NCBI GenBank assembly: GCA_051294375.1
Contig: CM119268.1
Span: 14,023,037-14,087,036, forward strand
Length of the DNA: 64,000 nucleotides
Direction of reading: 5' to 3'
Origin: Paraspadella gotoi
Taxonomy: Eukaryota > Animalia > Chaetognatha
The notes under the pieces were generated by a model. That model searched no databases. It saw only the letters and a list, made by a program, of their open reading frames with translations, and was not told the origin of the DNA. How positions within the stretch are numbered: the first letter of the stretch is position 1; each line of letters opens with the position of its first letter. The translations under genes were made by a program, and so were the position numbers. Of this stretch, positions 55,055 to 64,000 are shown piece after piece.

Positions 55055-56110
55055 ATGGAAACCGCAACAGAATCGTCCGATCATCAAAGAGCGCCAACTG
55101 CGAGCTCCGATCTCGAGCTCCATATCTCAGTGGCACCCATTAATCCCTCGTCCCCTTCCCCTTCCACGTCGTCCCTGACCTCATCGCTGCCCGTCGTTCC
55201 TTCCACCAGACGGCCCCGCCGTCGCAAGCGCTTATCAACACGTCGGTTAGGTAATCAAAACGCCACTAATCCCCGTCCCCCATGTCCCATATGTCACCGC
55301 CGGGTCCGTGGACCTGTCGTCGTTTATCAACGTCACGTCGAAGCCTGTTTCGATTCGTTGGAGTCAGCTTCTGCCGACGAAAATATTATCGATCATCCGG
55401 CAGCTAACCTTCCCCCGGACGTCCTCGGTGGGGTCGTGAGTAACGTCTCCGGCGGCGGAAATGACCCCGCCGACGTTGACGTGGAACAGACTGAAGAGGA
55501 GGTGTTTGGACGAGTTCAGTTTTCGGAGAGTGACGTAATTCCTTTCGTTTCGATCGAGGACCCGACGGAAAGCGAGGATAGAATCGCTCTTCGGAGAGCG
55601 ATGGTCCCGACGACGTCTTCCCGCAACGATGTTGATCTACGAACTCGATTTTCCTATCGTTTGAGACGAAGCAGAGGAAGACTTAACCTTCTTGAAGAGA
55701 GCGACGAGGAGGAGGACGACGACGACGATGTAGAAGATGAGAATGATCGGGGAGGAAAATTACCGAGGATGTCATCGACGATGAAGACGTTCAAGTCGAA
55801 AACGTCGCAAACGTCTCCGCACGAAGGCGGGGTCGAGACCGAGGCCGCCAATACCATCGCCTTTCTTAAGGCGCGCCTCAAAAAGATAGAAGCAGTGGCT
55901 GGACCAACGAGCGACTCTGCGTTACGAAACCAACCGTCTTCGTTTCGTTGTCTCATATGTATGGACTTATATCAGAGTCCTTTGGTGTCAGTGATTTGTT
56001 GGCATGTTCATTGTGAAAATTGTTGGCTCCGAGTTTTGGGTGTGAAGAAACTCTGTCCGCAGTGTAACTCCATTACTAATCCCTCGCATTTGAGGAAAAT
56101 ATTTATTTGA
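55055..56110 (+). CDS. RNF220: RNF220-like RING E3 ubiquitin ligase (intronless, 351 aa)
   Basis: CPIC...HVEAC finger, FGRVQFSESDVIP, LKARLKKIE, and the C-terminal RING CLICMDLY...CWHVHCENCWLRVLGVKKLCPQCN characteristic of RNF220. Confidence 0.85.
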   Translation: METATESSDHQRAPTASSDLELHISVAPINPSSPSPSTSSLTSSLPVVPSTRRPRRRKRLSTRRLGNQNATNPRPPCPICHRRVRGPVVVYQRHVEACFDSLESASADENIIDHPAANLPPDVLGGVVSNVSGGGNDPADVDVEQTEEEVFGRVQFSESDVIPFVSIEDPTESEDRIALRRAMVPTTSSRNDVDLRTRFSYRLRRSRGRLNLLEESDEEEDDDDDVEDENDRGGKLPRMSSTMKTFKSKTSQTSPHEGGVETEAANTIAFLKARLKKIEAVAGPTSDSALRNQPSSFRCLICMDLYQSPLVSVICWHVHCENCWLRVLGVKKLCPQCNSITNPSHLRKIFI

Positions 56111-56263
56111 ATAACAAAATCTCGCAAAAACTACGTACTAAAAAGGCGATTTTAGTTTTTGTTTGTTTCAATCGTTCACATTCATTCTCAAAAATGTTTA
56201 AAATTTTAAAAAATCAATATTTTTAAAAAATTATTTTTGTTGTAGTTTCTCAAAGGAAACAAG

Positions 56264-58809
56264 ATGGCCCCTCGTGGGTCGTCGCTGTTGTGGACATTGA
56301 TGCTGGCGTCGATAGCGATAGACTTGTCCCTCGCGTTTTATGTTCCTGGCGTCGAACCCGTCGGTTATGAAGATGGCAAGGAGGTCAAAGTTTACGCGGT
56401 CAAAATGACTTCGGTCAACACGCAATTGCCCTACGACTATTATTCTTTACCCTTCTGTGGACCAGCGATCAGTAAGCTTCCGGTCGGTAGCGGAATATTT
56501 GCGAGGGTGAAGCTCTCAAATTTGCTTTCCTTTCAGAGCAGTACAAGTCAGAGAACTTGGGAGAGATCCTTCGAGGGGACGTCATAGTCAATACGCTTTA
56601 CTCGCTCGAAATGAATTCAAACTCAAAATGTCGCCTCGTTTGTCAAGATGATCACGGCAAGCCTAAAAAGCTCACCAAGGAGGAATCTCAACTTTTCGCC
56701 CAGCGAATCCGAGAGGAATATCAAGTTCACATGTACAAATTATTTGAATCCCGGCTGGAATTGGTTTCGATACATATAAAAGTAATTTCTAATTAAAAGT
56801 CCGTTTGAATGTAGGATGGTAGACAATCTTCCTGCGGCCACGATGCTAAAAGGGCCGGATGGAAATGATGTAATACAGTATGAACACGGATATCGTCTGG
56901 GAACCGTGAAGACCACTGGATTGAAAGAAACTACTGCTTTTCTCAACAATCACCTCAAATTCACTATCAGATACAACGAAAATAAAGAGACCAAAAAAAA
57001 TAAGTAAGAGTTCGCTTGTGGTTGAAAGGCGATTTTTTTTTTATATTAATATCTCAACGGAGCGCTCTTGCTTTTCAGCGTGGTTGGCGTTTTTGTGGAA
57101 GCCCTAAGCGTGGACGTCAGCGAGTACACCTTCGCTGCTGATGGTTCTTGCTCGGTTCCGCCTACTGGACAACCTAGGAAGGGTGCTTCCATCAGCGAGA
57201 CTGGTCCCACAGATGTTCATTTTTCTTACGAAACAGTTTGGGAGAAGTCCGATATTGAATGGTCATCCCGATGGGACGACTACCTGACTATGTCTAACAC
57301 ACAGGTTTGAGACTTTCCTATTCAATACCCACCCCCTCAACTTATTTGGGAATTAGCTAAAGTGAGAAATATTTAACTCTCAGATACATTGGTTCTCAAT
57401 TCTGAATTCGATTGTGATCATCTTTTTTCTGTCGGGGGTGATCACAATGATCATGGTGCGCACACTTCGCCGCGATATCGCCAAGTATAACAAGGACGAC
57501 GAAGAAGAGGACGACGTGCTCGAGGAGACTGGATGGAAGCTTGTTCACGGCGACGTCTTCAGAGCCCCTTGGAACAGAGGATTGCTCACCGCCTTGATTG
57601 GTGAGGCTTTCATTATGAAAAAAAGCCCGTAGGACGACGACCAAAATTGTACCACCTTCTATGACGAATTTCAGGGAGCGGTCTTCAAATATTGGGCATG
57701 GTTTCGGTGACCATCGTCTTCGCTACCCTCGGTATGATGTCGCCCGCTTCGAGAGGTGCTCTTCTTTCTGGTTTTATCACCATCTTCGTCATGATGGGAA
57801 CGTTTGCCGGATACCACGCCGGAAGACTGTACAACACCCTTAACGGGCAACATTGGAAGAAAACCGCGCTCTTCACTGCTACCTTTTACCCAGGTCTCGT
57901 TCTTCGTCGCATCTCCGGCTCTCCGTATACCGTGATTTTTGTGGGAATTATTTTTTCAATGATCCATAGGCGTCATGGCGTCGATCGGAATTTTCTTGAA
58001 CTTTTTTGTCTGGGGTGTTCATTCGTCGGGGGCGATTCCCTTCCTGTCGCTGGTGCAGCTGCTGCTTATGTGGATCGGCGTCTCGTTGCCGCTCCTTTTC
58101 GTCGGTTTCTACTTCGGCTACAGGAAGCGGCCTTACACCCAACCCGTCCGCACGAACCAGATCCCGCGTCAGGTTCCCGAGCAGAACTGGTTCATAACCG
58201 CCGTGCCGACCACCATACTGTCCGGTACTACTTTGTTTTACGCTTTCATAGCTAGATTAAATTGTACAGTTATTATAATTAGTTGACGACGAATATTTTT
58301 TTTTTACGTCGCCTAGGAATACTTCCATTCGGCGCCGTTTTTATCGAGCTCTTCTTCATCTTCAATGCCTTGTGGCTTCATCAGTTCTACTATCTGTTCG
58401 GATTTTTGTTTCTAGTCTTCATCATTCTCGCCGTTTCGTGTGCCCAAATTGCCATCGTGTTAGCTTATTTCCAAGTGAGAGAATTTTTTAGCACAGACTA
58501 AGTGGACGCGTGAAGTATAAAATAAGAATAATAAATTACTATTTATTTTTCCAACAGCTTTGCGGAGAGGACTACCACTGGTGGTGGCGATCGTTCATAC
58601 AGGGCGGCAGCTGCGCCGTTTATGTATTCCTCTATTCCATTATTTATTTCTTCACGAAACTGGAAATCACAGATTTCATCCCGACTCTCCTCTACTTCGG
58701 ATACACTTTCCTTCTCTGCTTCACTTTTTGGATCATGACTGGCACCATAGGCTTTTATTCGGCCTATTTCTTCGTACGAAAGATTTACGGGTCCATTAAA
58801 ATAGATTAG
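56264..58809 (+). CDS. TM9SF4: Transmembrane 9 superfamily member 4 (nonaspanin)
   Basis: About 9 exons with short GT-AG introns. Signal peptide, then AFYVPGV...AVKMTS...[65 protein letters not shown], and C-terminal KIYGSIKID. Confidence 0.93.
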
Positions 58810-59302
58810 CTTGAGAAAAACGGTCGGACACCGAAACTAAAAAAAAAAACGTTGATTTTTTCAACTTTCTCTCTACGTAGACTTAGTCGGTAATTTCTGT
58901 CCTCCTCGGAGGTCAATATCTGGATCCTCGATAGGAAAAACTCTGGCAGATGAAACTCAATTATCTGACAAACGTCGCGATTAGAGTTTTTTAGATAGGA
59001 TGACTTATAACATAATCTCGCCTTGTTACCGCATTCCCTCGCCTTGACCCGTGAGTTTGAGCAACTTGAGCCGGGCTCAATGCTCTTGTATACGTTGAAG
59101 TGTAGATTTTAAATTGCTTGTGGTATCTAAAAGAGAAATGAGTAAGTATAGCGCTCTCCTTTATCATGTACTATAAAAAAAAGGAAAAAAAATTGTTTTT
59201 TGTGTATTCCAGCTAACGAGAATGTAAACTAAAGCGGGGAACGGAGATTTTATTGCAAGAGAGAGGGAGAAAGACGGAAGCGGTGTGATGTGGGGCGGCA
59301 CC

Positions 59303-61593
59303 ATGTTCTGTTTCCGTCCTTCTTTCTTCCTCAGCCGCCCTGGACGAAATTTGGTCGTAACACGCTTTTATAGTTCATCATTTTGCGATGTCCTGATCCT
59401 CGGCGGCGGCATGGTGGGTGGGTCTTTGGGGTGCGCCCTTGCTGCCCACCCAGCCTTTCGGGGCAAGCGAGTTATTATTCTGGAACAGGGTAAGAAGTCA
59501 ACCTCCCTGCTCGCTTCCAACGCCCCTTGGAGCAATCGCGTCTGTGAAGTATCTCCTGGCAGTGCCGACTTTTTACGATCGATAGGTGTCTGGGAGTTCA
59601 TCAAGCAACAAAGGTATCACTTAACATTCTTTTTTTTGGTTATTACTGAGTTTTATTTAGATGCTCATGGGTTTGTTAAAAAGTTAATGACTTTTGTCGG
59701 TCTAATTTTTAGTAAAGAATTTGAAAAATAATTTTATGTGACACTATTTTCTTTTATACTTTTATTTATCCAGATTCAAGACTGTGTCTCGCATGCAAGT
59801 TTGGGACTCAGCAACCGACTCCTACATTGTCTTCGACCCTGACTCCACCACGGACGGCGTCGCCTGTTACACGGTCGAGAACGACGTGACCACTCGCGCC
59901 ATTGAACGCCGCCTGGACGCGCTCGTCAATGGGGGTGCTGATCTCGACCTTCGCTACGAGGCGCGCGTCTCTCGCGTGACGTTCCCTGGAGCATCTCAGA
60001 GGCACGATTCCCGTTGGGCCGAGGTGAAGCTCGAAGGCGACGCTGGGGTTATCGAGGCGCGCCTCGTCGTCGGATCGGACGGCGCCCACTCGCGAGCTCG
60101 TGCCGCTGCGAAAATTCGAACCATGGACTACGATTTCGAACAGATGGGGATAGTGGCCACGCTGAACCTGGAAAAAGCCTTGGGAAACACGGTAGCTTGG
60201 CAACGATTCTTGCCTACGGGGCCCATCGCTCTTTTGCCTCTCGACGACGACACCTCCTCCCTCGTGTGGAGCAACAACGTTAACGAGGCCAAGCGGCTCC
60301 TCGAGATGGACGAGCAGGACTTTGTCGCCGCAGTCAATGATGCCGTCTGGGGCGAAGACGTGAAAACTCCCGACGCCGTCAAGTTTATCGCCAGCAAGTA
60401 CAGGTTTTGACCGGGGCAAGCCTTTCCGTTTTTTTTTAAATTTTATTTATTTATTTATTTTTTATTTATTTATTTTTTTGGAGGATGTGTTGATTAACCA
60501 ATGTAACCATGTGTTTTTTAGTTGTGCTGGGAATACTCTATTAGTACTTTATTAGTAACTTTTCGGTCGGTCTGTAGGTCGGGCATTGCATAAGTTTACC
60601 CCTCTTATAATCATGACACCTTCAGTTGTGGCCCGGTGGCTCATTGAGTAAAAGCCATCAGCTCATGACCACAATCCCAATATATGTATGTAAAAATGCG
60701 ATTACAGATACAGACAGTCCATGTAGCTTATTTTTTTGTAATACTTAATTATTTTAGAAAAGTGATAAATCATAAAATGCTTATATTTAATATTTTTGTG
60801 ATCATTATTAATAAATTAAAATTTTGCAAAGATACTGCAGCGCAACCCCTTGATCATCTTGCGTGTTCTTGTTTCTTTTTATCAGCGATCTACTCTGGAC
60901 AAAGTCGGGACGTCAACTCCCTCCAAGAGTCTCTTCCCTGGAGAGCGGAAGTCGGGCCTTGTTCCCATTAAAATTATCTCATTCCGTCGACTACGTCAAA
61001 AATAGATTAGCTCTCGTAGGTAAGAAACAGAGAGATTGAGTTGGTTAATAAATTCAAAAAAGTTTTGGTTTCTTAACACAAAGGAGCGACATCCTATTTT
61101 CGATCTGGAGACGAAGTAATTTTGAAGTGGTGTCGAAATAATGGAAAGACTTTTGTGATTTTTTTGTTTTTTGTTTTCAGGGGACGCGGCACATCGAGTG
61201 CATCCAATGGCTGGTCAAGGCGTTAACCTTGGTTACGGGGACGCAGCTGAACTCTCGGAGATTCTCATCGATGGAGCCTCAAGGTTGTTCTTAGCACTAT
61301 TTTTACTATTATTAAGTATTTTATTAAGTATTTTATTTTTGTAATAAAATATAATACTATTTTTCCTAAATGTATGAAGAGGCGAGGATATTGGATCCGC
61401 CTCCCTGCTCAAGAACTACGAGATCTCTCGCCAGCGCAAAGTCTTGCCTCTCATCGCCGGACTGCAAGGGATTCATTTCCTTTACGGGACGCAGTGGGCG
61501 CCTGTCGTCGCGGCTCGCTCCATCGGGCTGCAGTCCGTCGACGCTATTCCTGTCGTCAAAAACCTTTTCCTGAGATACGCTACTCAGCGGTGA
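59303..61593 (+). CDS. COQ6: Ubiquinone biosynthesis monooxygenase COQ6, mitochondrial
   Basis: Exons 59303-59613, 59774-60403, 60886-61019, 61181-61283, 61380-61593. Transit-peptide-like N-terminus, GGGMVG FAD motif, [23 protein letters not shown] and [21 protein letters not shown]. An alternative ATG lies at 59288. Confidence 0.93.
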
Positions 61594-62003
61594 CGGGACG
61601 AAACGCTCGCTGAATTAATTAAGACTGTGGTTACATTCATTTATTTATTAGAGTCAAGTTATGCTAAAAACTGTGATAGTCATAGCATTTCGTGAAGCGT
61701 TTGGCTAATATGTCTGTATTTTCCCGTCCGTCGTTTGAAAACCAAACCAATATTTTTTTTCTGTTTGTTTTTTTTCTTTAGCTGTGATAATGTTGAATAT
61801 TTCACCTAAAAACTAACGTTAGATTTGAAAAAAATAGATAACTCGATGCTTGACTCGCAACTTCTAACATTCCTCGACAATTCGACATGATCTCAAAACT
61901 TTCCTTTCATCTTTTTTTCCGCATTTTCGCCGTCCAGTCACCAAACTGCCTTACTTTTTCGACTTGATATAAATTTATTCGAATCGTCATTTGCCACAGA
62001 GTC

Positions 62004-63260
62004 ATGACTACGAAAATGTTTTCCGGTCCGCCTTACATCGCCTATTGCCTCACCGTGCTCATGCTCTGTAATCTGATGCTGCAAGTGAATCGTTTCGTGC
62101 TTGCCATTGTCGCCAAGCCCCTCGCGCAAGAGTTGCACTTTGGTGACAAAGTCTGCATGTTAAATGTTTCCCACGTTCACCTCGTCCCAAACAAATCCGG
62201 GGAGTTGGGAGAAGAACTTTGCGGAAAGCGGAACGTAAGTTTTAGAAGTCCTCGTTGTTTAAGTTGAACATGTAGCGACGGGGTTGGTACTTTTTCGTAG
62301 TCGCGAGAAAAGCCGGTTACACCCTCTCGCTCTCTTTCTCTCTCTCTCTCGCTCTCTCTCTCATCTCAATTTTCCACAGCGTAAAAATATTCTGCTCATT
62401 AAAATAAAATTAATATAAATTTGACATACAATTCCCAAACAGGAATCGACTTGTCAGACTCGCGATGGCCTCTGCGCCTACAACTATTTCGGCGGAGGCT
62501 ACGATTACCAAATTCTCGTTGGCCCCGTCTACATCCTCGTCTTTACTTTTGGCGGAATCTTGTCGGGATTGATGGCAGACAGATTCGACCGACGATTCTT
62601 ACTCGCCACCTTCCTGTCTCTTTGGTCGGCGGTGACGGTCTTGACGTCCATGGTCAACGAATACTGGCAGGTGTGTCTTGATAACAACGAAGGAAGTAGG
62701 CGCCTACTACGCCTACTTCCTTCCTTGATAAAAAAAAAAGAATAAAAAGGCTCATTTTTATCGCTCTTTTTTTAAAAATCTGTATAAATTAAAATTTGCG
62801 AACGTTTTCTATTTAATCAGCTCTTGGCTCTTCGCCTGGCGTTGGGGATCACTCAGTCGGGTTGCGCGCCCTTCGCCTCCTCGCTAATCGCTGATTGGGC
62901 GCCTCCTTCATGGCGTGGCGCCGCCATGGCTTTTTTCGAGTTGGGCGTTTATACCGGATTTAGTCTGGCCTATGTTGTCGGCAACTTGGTCACTCACGCC
63001 AACTTTTTCGGGATGGGATGGCGTTGGGCTTTTGCCGTCGCCGGTGCTCCGGGTGAGTTTTTCATGCCTTAATTGTTCTCCGTCGCCGTTTACTCGAATA
63101 ACGAACTTTTTTCTAAATTTTTCTTCAGGTCTGATCCTTTCGTTGGTGATGTTGGCCACAGTGAGAGAACCAACGAGAGAAGGTTCTTTCCGACGAGACG
63201 CGAAAGAGATCGCTTCTCCGACTGTTACGGAGGAGACCGCACTCTCCCCTGTCACTAACG
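62004..63260 (+). CDS. Spinster-like MFS transporter (5' part; continues past the window)
   Basis: Exons 62004-62234, 62443-62670, 62821-63052, 63129-63260. MFS motif A GLMADRFDRR, LRLALGITQSG, and MGWRWAFAVAGAPG. Confidence 0.85.
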
Positions 63261-63325
63261 GTTAGTTATGATTTTGGACTTCGACTAACTAAAGCCTATT
63301 TCGCAATGGATCTGCTTTTTGCAGA

Positions 63326-63795
63326 TTCCGACTCTATAATTCACTTTGTCGGTCCCACCCCAAAATCTTGTCGGTAAATAATTTTTATCATATCAGAACA
63401 TCGAATTACGATAAATTATGCAAAAAAAAAAATGTCCGTCCGTCTCTGTCTGAAGGTCCGTCCCAACTTTTCATTAAATTCCAATTACTCGTGATTGGAT
63501 GGAGGGATTGGAATAAAATTTTGTGTGTGGGTAGGAAAGTGTGTGATTGAGCTGGTAATAAAGTTTCGTTGGAATCGTGCGAGTGGAAATTAGTTTAAAT
63601 AGAAAAAACAAAAGTCATATTTACTGGAAGTATTTTTACTTATATTTACTCATAATTATTATATTGATTAAAAATTGGATAGATAAATTAAAATGAAATT
63701 TTGTGTGGGTAGAAAAGTATGTGATTTAGCTGGATATAATTTTTTGTGGAGTGGAAAAGTTTATATTAGAAAACCAAAAGACATATTTAAAAGTC
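63326..63795 (+). mobile_element. HINE/DINE-like element with GTCC/GTCT microsatellite and ~180-bp internal tandem units
   Basis: Shares 29 bp with 44461. Contains TGTCCGTCCGTCTCTGTCTG at ~63433 and two diverged copies of AAATTTTGTGTG...GGGTAG...AGCTGG...GAGTGGAAA...CATATTTA (~63515 and ~63695). Confidence 0.55.
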
Positions 63796-63957
63796 AAACT
63801 TGGAATTAACGATTTAAGTACAATTCGTTAGGCTTAATATAAGGTTTAATACCATCGAATGAAGAAAATCAGTATTTTTAAAATTTTTGTGCATTACCCT
63901 ACCAAAAGGCACATTTATTTGAATTTTAAAAGTTTCCCTCTATCTCTCATTGATTGA

Positions 63958-63997
63958 TTGACCAAATTATGCCAGTTGACCAAATTATGCCAGTTGA
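63958..63997. repeat. 18-bp tandem repeat
   Basis: TTGACCAAATTATGCCAG x2 plus a partial copy. Confidence 0.9.
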
Positions 63998-64000
63998 TAA

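Noticed and set aside
63958-63997. Direct repeats as a possible CRISPR-like array
   Set aside because: Two adjacent 18-mers with no spacers in animal DNA, so a simple tandem duplication.

Overview
AT-rich, intron-containing animal DNA. Two miR-12-family hairpins indicate a protostome, and a spiralian such as a chaetognath is only a guess from the operon-like packing. The left third holds two head-to-head grainyhead paralogues: grh-A on the minus strand (truncated by the window start) and grh-B on the plus strand (complete apart from an uncertain first exon). A tandem pair of miR-12 hairpins sits in a grh-A intron, and the ~10 kb spacer carries clusters of Grainyhead-type binding motifs plus MITE and Helentron-like insertions. 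The rest is two tightly packed co-directional gene runs diverging from a motif-rich region at ~49.4-50.0 kb. The minus run is Fat-like cadherin (FAT1-3/kugelei type, with a 12.5-kb last exon), a Cys-rich/C2H2 gene, SRP54 and an orphan 132-aa ORF. The plus run is CEP78, RNF220-like, TM9SF4, COQ6 and a spinster-like MFS transporter. Downstream genes have a splice-acceptor-like site just before the ATG, which suggests SL-trans-spliced operons. Exon boundaries were read by eye and no database searches were run.
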